Assembly (NCBI GenBank): GCA_002408285.1
Contig: DHRG01000049.1
Coordinates: forward strand, 5,647-69,646
Direction of reading: 5' to 3'
Length of the DNA: 64,000 nucleotides
From: Peptococcaceae bacterium UBA5318
GTDB taxonomy: Bacteria; Bacillota; Peptococcia; DRI-13; UBA5318
The position numbers and the translations under genes were made by a program. The notes below the pieces were generated by a model. That model ran no database searches, was not told the DNA's origin, and saw nothing but the letters and a program-made list of their open reading frames with translations. How positions within the stretch are numbered: position 1 is the stretch's first letter; each line of letters starts with the position of its first letter. Below, one piece after another: positions 38,844-47,097 of this stretch.

Positions 38844-38888
38844 GAAAGTATGCCGCCTGTTCTTAAAAAGAACAGGCGGCATACTTTC
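38844..38888. terminator. Bidirectional terminator
   Basis: GAAAGTATGCCGCCTGTTCTT-AAAA-AGAACAGGCGGCATACTTTC is a perfect ~20-bp stem. Confidence 0.9.
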
Positions 38889-38908
38889 TTTATTGTCCAA
38901 AGTGTAGA

Positions 38909-39037
38909 TCAAAAGCATGTGCGAAACGTAGGGAAGAGCAAAAGGAGTAAGATAATCAGGAACAGAATCGCGAAGGGCCAAATTCCAAAACCAGCACCGC
39001 AACCAGGACCGCAACCAGGGGCAGCAACTTCCGACAT
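38909..39037 (-). CDS. Tiny hydrophobic peptide, YjcZ-like (42 aa), absent from the ORF track
   Basis: ATG follows AAGGAGGAA. Translation is MSEVAAPGCGPGCGAGFGIWPFAILFLIILLLLLFPTFRTCF. The terminator lies directly downstream. Confidence 0.55.
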   Translation of the reverse strand: MSEVAAPGCGPGCGAGFGIWPFAILFLIILLLLLFPTFRTCF

Positions 39038-39200
39038 AGTATATTCCTCCTTAATGATAATTTAATGTGGTTTCTAGCCAATGTATTTTATGCACAATGG
39101 CTCTAATAGGTAACTAAACGGCAAAAGAATCTTCTTGGACCATGAAAATTATGGGAATAATACAGACAAAGCACACGGTTGAGCAGCGGGGGTTAGATGG

Positions 39201-39458
39201 ATGAATAAAGAATCCCGGCGGGAATTTTTTGTGACAGACCCTATTCAGGTCAAAAATTTAATTATACGGCCGGTGATAACCCTGCAAGTTAATTATGTTT
39301 ATCTGGGCGAAGGGAAGGAAATAGTGGGTATTACTTTTACCTTGTTATGGATATTTTTGCTGGAACAAGATGAGATCTATCTGGCCGGTTTTGGCAAGAA
39401 AGCTTCCTTGCGGGAGATAGAGGATTGCTATGAGGCTATAGGATGTTCTGAAGGTTAA
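39201..39458 (+). CDS. Hypothetical protein (weak call)
   Basis: 85-aa ORF with a weak SD (GGGGGT). Its 3-prime end overlaps the convergent DUF4363 gene by 23 nt. No motif recognised. Confidence 0.3.
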   Translation: MNKESRREFFVTDPIQVKNLIIRPVITLQVNYVYLGEGKEIVGITFTLLWIFLLEQDEIYLAGFGKKASLREIEDCYEAIGCSEG

Positions 39459-39828
39459 ACCTCTCTTTTTCCGGAATATGTTTGATGTAATGGATCAGAT
39501 TATTCAGCTCGGCCTCGGCGTCGCTTAATTTCTCATTTCTTAAATAACTTTTTAATTTAGACATACTTTCTTCGATCCTGTCTATTTCCTGATGATGAAT
39601 TAACATTGGCCAGTATACCCGGAACTTATGCCATTTGTTTTCTATTTCACGGTATATTAAATTCGCCTGGTTCCAGTCTTCTTTTTCCAGAAAACCCTGA
39701 ATCCGGCCAGCGGGGGTAAGCAGGGATTGCGCCCCGGAGCTTAATAGCTGAAAAGTACCCCAGCCGAATAAGAGCAAGGCAAAGAATAAAAGCAAGAGGC
39801 TTAAAGGGACAAGGTATTTTTTCAACAT
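39436..39828 (-). CDS. DUF4363-family membrane-anchored protein
   Basis: 130 aa with an N-terminal TM. It is translationally coupled to the upstream DUF421 gene, which is the usual pairing. Confidence 0.65.
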   Translation of the reverse strand: MLKKYLVPLSLLLLFFALLLFGWGTFQLLSSGAQSLLTPAGRIQGFLEKEDWNQANLIYREIENKWHKFRVYWPMLIHHQEIDRIEESMSKLKSYLRNEKLSDAEAELNNLIHYIKHIPEKERFNLQNIL

Positions 39829-40505
39829 TACAGTCCCTCTTTTCGCTGCCAGGTAATGGCGCCGGTATTATCAACACTGGCGAAAAACAGGTCTTTATAG
39901 TTATTGATTCCTTGCTCATGGAGGGTTTCCAGAAATTTATTTTCTGACAGCCGGGCCTTCTCAAGGTTGGCCCGAATCATTTTTCCATCAATAATGAGGG
40001 AAAGAGGGAGTCCAGGGTTGGGCGCCTTTATTCCCAGATCCTTGGTAATGAGGGGGCGGTTTTCAACTTTGGGGATCACACTTAATTCACCATTTGTTTC
40101 CAGGATGGCATAGTCCACTTCACTGAGGTTCGGGAAATTTTTAACGCGCAACTGTTCCAGGAGATCGTTGATGTTCATGCGAAGATGACGCAATTCGCTT
40201 TCCTTGATCAATCCTCTTTCGATCAGGATACTGGGGCGTCCGCAAATAATTTTCCGCATCTTTTCACTCTTCATGGACCAATAGGCTAACGTTATCTGGG
40301 CCAGAAGCAAAGTCACAATGGGGATAATACCGCTTAAAAGCGGTATTTCTGTGTCGGACATAGGGATGGCGGCCAATTCGGAGATCATGATAGCGATCAC
40401 CAGTTCGTAGGGCTGCAATTCGCCGATTTGAGGCTTCCCCATGATCCGCATGACGATCACGACTAAAAAATAAAGGATGAGAGTTCGAAAAAAGACGATT
40501 AACAT
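39828..40505 (-). CDS. DUF421 (YetF/YdfS-like) membrane protein
   Basis: 225 aa with N-terminal MLIVFFRTLILYFLVVIVMRIMGK..GELQPYELV and a soluble C-terminal domain. Confidence 0.75.
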   Translation of the reverse strand: MLIVFFRTLILYFLVVIVMRIMGKPQIGELQPYELVIAIMISELAAIPMSDTEIPLLSGIIPIVTLLLAQITLAYWSMKSEKMRKIICGRPSILIERGLIKESELRHLRMNINDLLEQLRVKNFPNLSEVDYAILETNGELSVIPKVENRPLITKDLGIKAPNPGLPLSLIIDGKMIRANLEKARLSENKFLETLHEQGINNYKDLFFASVDNTGAITWQRKEGL

Positions 40506-40643
40506 ACTGCCTCCCCGGGGGTTTTCTATAGTATGTGTTTTTATTCGGCGCCCCTATGCAATTTGATAGGGATAGTATAGAAGGTAAGAAGATGATAAAC
40601 TACTATTATATAGTATGATCTGATGAGAGGAGGAATTTGATTC

Positions 40644-41144
40644 ATGGCTAAAGATAATTCATTTGATATCGTATCGGAAGTCGATATGCAGGAAGTGGAC
40701 AACGCCGTAAACCAAACTATTAAGGAAATCAGCCAGCGCTTTGATTTTAAGGGCAGCAAAGCCGATGTGGAACTGGTTAAACAAGATGAAATCAAAATTA
40801 TAGCCGATGATGAATTTAAACTAAAAAATATCTTAGATATTTTACAGACAAAAATGGTTAGGCGCGGGGTTTCTTTAAAATTTCTCGAGTACGGCAAAGT
40901 AGAAGCGGCCTCAGGCGGGACAGTGCGGCAGTTCGTAACGGTCAAGAAGGGTATATCCACGGAAAAAGGGAAGGAGATCGTGGCCTCCATCAAACAATTA
41001 AAACTAAAAGTACAAGCCCAAATCCAAGATGATCAGGTCAGGGTATCCGCAAAAGACCGTGATGAATTACAGAAAATAATCAAACATATCAAAGAACAGG
41101 ACTTTGGAATTGAGTTACAATTCTCAAATTACCGTACCTTTTAA
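40644..41144 (+). CDS. yajQ: YajQ-family nucleotide-binding protein (UPF0234)
   Basis: 166 aa with [19 protein letters not shown]...RFDFKG. Confidence 0.85.
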   Translation: MAKDNSFDIVSEVDMQEVDNAVNQTIKEISQRFDFKGSKADVELVKQDEIKIIADDEFKLKNILDILQTKMVRRGVSLKFLEYGKVEAASGGTVRQFVTVKKGISTEKGKEIVASIKQLKLKVQAQIQDDQVRVSAKDRDELQKIIKHIKEQDFGIELQFSNYRTF

Positions 41145-41197
41145 TAACTCAAGTGTGGTAAAATGTTGTTTATAGATTTTACTAGGGGGAATTATTG

Positions 41198-42436
41198 ATG
41201 GGCATACATACTCTAGCAGCGTCCCACGCAACCGGTAAGGGGGGGCCTGATGCTGTATTTGCGGTATCGCAAAAGGCTAACGAGGCCATCGCCCGTTTAG
41301 GCAAGGAAAAGGTTGTCAACGCTTCCATCGGCGCTATTTTTGATGATGAAGGAAGATTTGCCGCTCTTGATACCGTAGACCGGCACTATCGCAGATTGTC
41401 TAAAGACGAACTGATGAATTATGCTCCTATTGCAGGATTGCCTCAATATTTACAGGCGGCTATTGACTTTACTTTTCAGGGTAACCAGCCGGCCAACACA
41501 TTTGCCAGGGCGGTAGCCACACCCGGAGGGACGGGCGCAATCCACCATGTGGTTTACAACTATACGGAACAGGGCCAAAAGATTTTGATCCCGGATTGGT
41601 ACTGGGGCCCTTACCAAACGATCGCTAATGAAAATTTGCGTGATGTTGACGCCTACCGGATGTTTAATGAGAAAAACCAGTTTACCCTGGATCCTCTGCA
41701 GAAAAAGACGCAGGAACTTTTACAAGTTCAGGACAATCTGGTGACTATCTTTAATACGCCTGCTCATAACCCTACCGGCTACAGTATGACCGAAGGGGAT
41801 TGGCAGGAGGCCATCCGTTTCTATAAGGAATGCGCCCGGGATCAAAGCAAGAAAATAATCCTGCTTTTGGATATGGCCTATCTTGATTATGCGGGACCCG
41901 CCCAGGAAACCCGTAAGTTTCTGAAACTCTTTACCGGACTTCCGGATAATATTCTCATTACGATCGCTTTTTCTATGTCCAAGGCTTTCCTGATTTACGG
42001 GATGCGTTCCGGCGCTTTGATTGGAGTGAGTCCCTCCCAGGAAATTGTTGAGGAATTTGCCCAGGTCAATGCCTATTCTAACCGGGCGACCTGGTCTAAT
42101 GGCTCCCGGGGCGCTCAGAGATTGTTAGCGGACATCGTGGCCGATCCCCAACTGAAGCGGCAAACCGATGAGGAAAGAGATAAATTCTATAGCCTGATCA
42201 AAAACAGAGCGGATATTTTCGTCCGCGAAGCCAAAGAAGCAGGGCTGGTCATGCTGCCTTACCACGCCGGGTTCTTTATCACCATCCCGGTCGGCGACCC
42301 CAAGGCTGCGGCGGAAAAACTGACCGGGTCCAATATTTTTGTAGTCCCGTTGAAAAAGGGAATACGGCTGGCGGTTTGCGCCCTTCCGACCTACCAGATC
42401 CCAGGATTGGCTAAAAGAATAAAAGAAGCGCTGTAA
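41198..42436 (+). CDS. Class I/II PLP-dependent aminotransferase (aspartate/aromatic type)
   Basis: ATPGGTGA, HNPTGY and the SMSKAF PLP-lysine context. Confidence 0.8.
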   Translation: MGIHTLAASHATGKGGPDAVFAVSQKANEAIARLGKEKVVNASIGAIFDDEGRFAALDTVDRHYRRLSKDELMNYAPIAGLPQYLQAAIDFTFQGNQPANTFARAVATPGGTGAIHHVVYNYTEQGQKILIPDWYWGPYQTIANENLRDVDAYRMFNEKNQFTLDPLQKKTQELLQVQDNLVTIFNTPAHNPTGYSMTEGDWQEAIRFYKECARDQSKKIILLLDMAYLDYAGPAQETRKFLKLFTGLPDNILITIAFSMSKAFLIYGMRSGALIGVSPSQEIVEEFAQVNAYSNRATWSNGSRGAQRLLADIVADPQLKRQTDEERDKFYSLIKNRADIFVREAKEAGLVMLPYHAGFFITIPVGDPKAAAEKLTGSNIFVVPLKKGIRLAVCALPTYQIPGLAKRIKEAL

Positions 42437-42485
42437 CGCTTCCGCGGCAATACTCCGCTCAAAAAAGAATATCGCAAGCAATGCT

Positions 42486-42516
42486 AAAGAAGATCTCTTA
42501 AATGAGATCTTTTTTT
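42486..42516 (+). terminator. Terminator after the aminotransferase gene
   Basis: AAGATCTC-TTAAAT-GAGATCTT followed by T7. Confidence 0.8.
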
Positions 42517-42636
42517 ATACTTGTCAGAAAGTATAAGTTAATCAAGGAAACAAGTACAGGTCTGCATCACCTCTGGAAGAATGTGGAATACTATTATATT
42601 GAAAGTTGAAAAGCCTGTCCGGCCGGAGGTGAAGAC

Positions 42637-43650
42637 ATGGAGATGACGATTGGTTTTCCACGGACTTTATTTTATTTTTTATACTACCCTTTTTGGTACG
42701 CTTTTTTCACAGAATTAGGTTTTAAAGTAGTTTCCTCGGACCCTACAAACAGATCCAGCTTGGATTTGGGGATGCGGGAAGCGGTGAATGACGCCTGTCT
42801 GCCGATCAAACTTTACCACGGGCATGTCACGGAATTGAAGGATAAAGTGGATATTTTATTTATGCCGCGGATGGTCAGTATCCGTAAATTGGACCGGGAA
42901 ACTTTCTGCCCGAAATTTTTAGGATTACCGGATATGGTCCGCAACTCCATTTCCGGCTTGCCCCGGGTGATTGACCAAAAGGTGGACCTGGGCAGGGGGG
43001 TTTTTCCCCTTTGGCGGCTCTGCCAACAAGTAGCCGGTGACTTGAATTGCCGGGGCTGGCCTGTCTGGAGGGCTTTTCAGAAAGCCCGGCGGATGCAAAA
43101 AACTTTTACAGATTATTTAGCCGCAGGGATTCCCGCCCACCAGGCCATTGAAGCCGCTATTACAGGGAGGGCCTGCCAAACTCCGGAATATCCGCCGTCG
43201 GATGTCCGGTTGGCTATTTTAGGATATCCTTATCTTATTTATGACTCTTTTGTTAATGTTTGCCTTTTTGAGAAACTGGCCCGGATGGGTATTCAGACTT
43301 TTACGGTGGAAATGGTGCCCTCTGAGCGGTTAAACGGGCAAGGAAAAAATTTGCCGAAAAACCTTTTCTGGAATTTCAGCAACCGGACGGTACAGGCTGC
43401 GTATTACTATTTAGAAGAAGAAAAGACTGACGGGATTATCCATATGACCGCTTTTGGCTGCGGTCCCGACGCAATGGTTGATAAACTGATGGAATTAGAA
43501 GCTAAGAAGCATGGAGGAGTCCCTTTTATAACGCTGTCCCTGGATGAACACACCGGGGAGGCGGGAGTAATGACCAGGATCGAGGCTTTTGTAGATATGC
43601 TGAGATTACGGAGGGAGCGTCATGAAGATATCATTTCCCGTCAGGGGTGA
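42637..43650 (+). CDS. Acyl-CoA dehydratase activase-related protein (DUF2229), copy 1
   Basis: 337 aa. The family call is from memory of CoA-enzyme-activase-associated domains. It is a paralog of ORF 44754-45839 (shared C-terminal ...LDEHTGEAG...R.EAF..M pattern). Confidence 0.65.
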   Translation: MEMTIGFPRTLFYFLYYPFWYAFFTELGFKVVSSDPTNRSSLDLGMREAVNDACLPIKLYHGHVTELKDKVDILFMPRMVSIRKLDRETFCPKFLGLPDMVRNSISGLPRVIDQKVDLGRGVFPLWRLCQQVAGDLNCRGWPVWRAFQKARRMQKTFTDYLAAGIPAHQAIEAAITGRACQTPEYPPSDVRLAILGYPYLIYDSFVNVCLFEKLARMGIQTFTVEMVPSERLNGQGKNLPKNLFWNFSNRTVQAAYYYLEEEKTDGIIHMTAFGCGPDAMVDKLMELEAKKHGGVPFITLSLDEHTGEAGVMTRIEAFVDMLRLRRERHEDIISRQG

Positions 43651-43693
43651 TTCGTATTTAACAAAAAATGCCCCGCGTTAAAAATAGGGATTG

Positions 43694-43723
43694 TTGGGGA
43701 AACATATATTGGGGAAACATATA
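43694..43723 (+). repeat. Perfect 15-bp tandem duplication
   Basis: TTGGGGAAACATATA occurs twice, immediately upstream of the activase ATPase start. Confidence 0.9.
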
Positions 43724-43761
43724 TCTTGACAGCATGGAAAAAAAGTCAGGGGGGCGGTATC

Positions 43762-44727
43762 GTGAAAGCATATCTTGGCGTAGATGTTGGTTCTGTCAGT
43801 ACTAATTTGGTTGTTATGGGCGAAAATGGAGGGATCATCGAGAGCCTGTACATTCGGACCATGGGGCAACCGGTCAAAGCGGTTCAGGACGGTTTGCGGA
43901 AACTGGGAGAAAAAATCGGTCACATAGTAAAAATCGCGGGCGTCGGTGTTACCGGCAGCGCCCGGATGCTGACCGCCGTGCTGGTGGGGGCGGACGCCGT
44001 CAAAAACGAGATCACGGCCCATGCGGTGGCAGTTTCTAAAACGGTGCCCGGAACCCAAACCATTATTGAAATCGGCGGACAGGACTCTAAAATTATTATC
44101 CTGCGGGACGGAGTGGTGACTGATTTTGCCATGAACACCGTTTGCGCCGCGGGAACGGGTTCATTTCTGGATCAACAGGCGGTGCGCCTGAATGTTCCTA
44201 TCGAGAGGTTCGGCGAATTGGCTCTTGCGGCCACAGCGCCCGTACGGATTGCCGGCCGTTGCGCTGTCTTTGCCGAGTCCGACATGATTCATAAGCAGCA
44301 GTTGGGTCATTCTCTGGAGGATATCATTGCCGGATTATGTGAAGCGCTGGTCAGAAATTATCTTAACAATGTCGGAAAAGGCAAAGAGATACTTTCTCCC
44401 ATTGTCTTTCAGGGCGGGGTGGCGGCCAATATCGGAATTAAAGCAGCTTTTGAAAAAGCCCTCAAAAAAGAATTAGTAGTTCCTGAACACTTTGATGTCA
44501 TGGGTTCGGTCGGCTGCTGTTTTCTGGCGAAGGATGCCACCCGCACTACGGCGACTCGTTTCAAGGGTTGGGAGGCGGCTGATTTTACTTTCAAACCAAC
44601 GAGCTTTGAGTGTAAGGGCTGCCCCAACCTCTGCGAAATTATCCAGATCTTCGAGAACGACGACTTGGTAGCCCGTTGGGGCGACCGGTGCGGTAAATGG
44701 TCCAGCGCCGGTGTCAAGGTGAGCTGA
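43762..44727 (+). CDS. BadF/BadG/BcrA/BcrD-type ATPase (CoA-substrate-specific enzyme activase)
   Basis: A GTG at 43762 gives MKAYLGVDVGSVSTN; the track ORF from 43726 is the alternative. The cluster-ligand contexts CAAGTGSF and RCAVFAESD are present, plus a C-terminal CKGCPNLC. Confidence 0.8.
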   Translation: MKAYLGVDVGSVSTNLVVMGENGGIIESLYIRTMGQPVKAVQDGLRKLGEKIGHIVKIAGVGVTGSARMLTAVLVGADAVKNEITAHAVAVSKTVPGTQTIIEIGGQDSKIIILRDGVVTDFAMNTVCAAGTGSFLDQQAVRLNVPIERFGELALAATAPVRIAGRCAVFAESDMIHKQQLGHSLEDIIAGLCEALVRNYLNNVGKGKEILSPIVFQGGVAANIGIKAAFEKALKKELVVPEHFDVMGSVGCCFLAKDATRTTATRFKGWEAADFTFKPTSFECKGCPNLCEIIQIFENDDLVARWGDRCGKWSSAGVKVS

Positions 44728-44753
44728 CAAGCGAGTGCCGAAAGGAGTTTTTT

Positions 44754-45839
44754 ATGCTGCTTTCATTCCCGCACATGGGAAAAATTCATCTGGCTTTAGC
44801 AGAGGCCTTGCAGGTTTTAGAAATTCCGTATCTGCTGCCTGCTGCGCCCGGTCCCAGGTCCTTGCTGCTGGGCCAGGAATTAGCCCCGGAAGGATCCTGT
44901 CTGCCCTTTTGCCTGGTTTTAGGCAATATGAGGGAGGCTCTGGATTTGGGAGCGGATACTATTTTGATGTTAGGGGGGTCCGGTCCCTGCCGCTTTGGTT
45001 ATTTTGTTTATCTGGCGGAACAGCTTTTACGCCAGGCCGGTTACCAGACGGAGTTCCTGGTCATTGATAATGGCCGCCATTTGCGTAATTTGATAACTTT
45101 AAAAAAGAAACAGCAGGTGCCCTGGACGTACCTGCTCAAGGCGGTGCAGTGCGGTTGGCACAAGGTGCTGACGGAAGAACTGCTGTCAGCCCTGGAACGG
45201 GAGTACCTGGCCCAGGCTGTAAATCCCCGGCCCTTCCGGGAGAAACTTGTCCAGTGGCGGAGCAGACTAGTATCCGCTCATGAAATTCCGGAAATGATAC
45301 AGATCCGGCAAGAGGCGGAAGATACTGTAAAACGGATGCCCCGTTATCCCGCCTCAGAGGTCTTACGGGTCGGTCTGGTGGGGGATATTTACACGATGCT
45401 GGAGCCTTTTGCCAATAACAGGATCGAAGAATTTCTCATCGGAAAAGGGATCAGTATTGTAAAGACCATGGCGGTATCCACGTGGCTGCCAAATATCCTT
45501 TTGCCATGGAAACGCGGTTCCTATCGGCAAAACCTGCTGCAGCAGGCCTATCCTTATCTGCGTTACTCCGTAGGGGGCTTTGGCTTGGAATCGGTGGCCC
45601 ACACCCGCAACCTGGCTTTACGCAAGGTGGACTGTATGATTCAGCTTTTCCCCATGGGTTGCATGCCGGAAATCGTGGCCTGCAGCGCCCTGAATAAACT
45701 TGGGCAGGACGAAAACATACCTATTCTTAGCATCACTTTGGATCAGCATGACAGCAGGACGGGGTTTGAAACCAGGGTTGAGGCTTTTTTGGAGATGGTG
45801 GAAGGAATCAAAGTGAATAAGAAAGCCCTTTGCCACTAA
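44754..45839 (+). CDS. Acyl-CoA dehydratase activase-related protein (DUF2229), copy 2
   Basis: ATG at 44754 follows AAAGGAG. The product is 361 aa and a paralog of copy 1. Confidence 0.65.
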   Translation: MLLSFPHMGKIHLALAEALQVLEIPYLLPAAPGPRSLLLGQELAPEGSCLPFCLVLGNMREALDLGADTILMLGGSGPCRFGYFVYLAEQLLRQAGYQTEFLVIDNGRHLRNLITLKKKQQVPWTYLLKAVQCGWHKVLTEELLSALEREYLAQAVNPRPFREKLVQWRSRLVSAHEIPEMIQIRQEAEDTVKRMPRYPASEVLRVGLVGDIYTMLEPFANNRIEEFLIGKGISIVKTMAVSTWLPNILLPWKRGSYRQNLLQQAYPYLRYSVGGFGLESVAHTRNLALRKVDCMIQLFPMGCMPEIVACSALNKLGQDENIPILSITLDQHDSRTGFETRVEAFLEMVEGIKVNKKALCH

Positions 45840-45872
45840 CAGAGTTCAGAGTCAGGGGCAAAGGGCTTTTTT
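45825..45872 (+). terminator. Terminator after the activase module
   Basis: GCCCTTTGCC...GGCAAAGGGC followed by T6. Confidence 0.75.
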
Positions 45873-45971
45873 GTACTATCGGAAAGTATAAGTCTTAATA
45901 GGATGATAGTATAAGTGCAACTAAGGCTTTCGCCGTCGCCAGAGGCTTGGCGTAAGCCAAGTTTTCTTTAT

Positions 45972-46604
45972 TTATTTTATTATCTTTCGGTATTCCAAAT
46001 AGGAATAAACGAAGGTGAACACCATCAGGGCCAATGTGCCTGCCATGAAGATGATAAAGTTGACCAGTCCCTGGAAGAAGGAAAGAACGATCATCAAAGC
46101 GCCCAGCGCTACGAAACAGATACCGCCAATGCGGTGGGTCTTTTTCCAAACCTCCTCGTTAGATAGGGTCCAGGGGGTGCGGATGCCTGCAAAATAGTTG
46201 AATTTCAGCTTCGGCATCACATTGCCCAGGATGATAAAGAGGACTCCCACGCTCATCTTCACGATAAAACCAACATCCTTGATTATTCCAAGGGCTGCCA
46301 GGATAGAAACCCAGTGTATGAACACCATTAGAACGACAATTGAGAAGGTGATCGTACCATAGGCTTTAGCATGTTTAAGATAATTCTCTTTTTTGGGGTC
46401 GATCTTGGGCACAACGAGCATTAAGAGATACAGCGCCGCAGGCAAAAGAGCCGTGATGAAAATACTGGTCTTACCTCCGATCCTGTCCACTTGGCCCCTG
46501 AAATTCCAATGGAGCGGGATCATATCGGGCAGGGCTGGATAAATAGCCAGGGTGGCTAGAAAAGAAGCTATGATAATCATCCAGAAAAATTTATTGCTTT
46601 TCAT
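45972..46604 (-). CDS. sdpI: SdpI/YhfL-family membrane immunity/signalling protein
   Basis: 210 aa with an N-terminal DUF1648-like PLHWNFRGQVDR and multiple TMs. It is coupled to the SdpR-like gene. Confidence 0.7.
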   Translation of the reverse strand: MKSNKFFWMIIIASFLATLAIYPALPDMIPLHWNFRGQVDRIGGKTSIFITALLPAALYLLMLVVPKIDPKKENYLKHAKAYGTITFSIVVLMVFIHWVSILAALGIIKDVGFIVKMSVGVLFIILGNVMPKLKFNYFAGIRTPWTLSNEEVWKKTHRIGGICFVALGALMIVLSFFQGLVNFIIFMAGTLALMVFTFVYSYLEYRKIIK

Positions 46605-46908
46605 GACGGTTCACCTCAACATCGTTATTATTTTCCGGCTTATTTGGAGAGGTCAAATCGAAGAACCAGCTTACCAGGTCCTGAAAAACGCTGGTATTCA
46701 GCGAGTAAAGAATATTTTGTCCCTGGCGCTCGTCCTGGATCAATTCAGCTTGTTTAAGGGTGTTCAGATGATGGCTGATACTGGGTTTGGAGATATTAAA
46801 CCGGTCTGCAATTTCTCCGGCTGTCATATCCCGGTCGTGCAACAATTGGAGGATCCTCCGGCGGGTCGGATCCGAGAGGGCTTTGAATCCATTATTAAGC
46901 GGGCTCAT
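46591..46908 (-). CDS. sdpR: ArsR-family autorepressor, SdpR-like
   Basis: 105 aa with ALSDPTRRRILQLL...MTAGEIADRFNISKPSISHHLNTLK. Confidence 0.8.
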   Translation of the reverse strand: MSPLNNGFKALSDPTRRRILQLLHDRDMTAGEIADRFNISKPSISHHLNTLKQAELIQDERQGQNILYSLNTSVFQDLVSWFFDLTSPNKPENNNDVEVNRHEKQ

Positions 46909-47097
46909 ACTACATCCAACCTTTACGTCAATTTGTCAGATATTTATATAGTTAGACAAATATCTAACTATCTTTTATTTTAATCATTCCGGGAGAATTG
47001 TCAAGAGCGCTTAATGATTACTCTTTAAAAAAAGGAGATAAAAAAACAAAAGAGAATATAAAGAGAATATAAAGAATAACAGAAAGGGGAGATAGGG

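Noticed and set aside
38814-39065. Two track ORFs (66 aa on the minus strand, 71 aa on the plus strand) spanning the A2M terminator region.
   Set aside because: Both run through the perfect terminator hairpin and lack an SD. A third frame holds a 42-aa SD-preceded YjcZ-like peptide, which explains the region better.
40541-40993. 150-aa ORF antisense to yajQ.
   Set aside because: It is entirely overlapped by a well-supported YajQ gene, and its composition is low in information.
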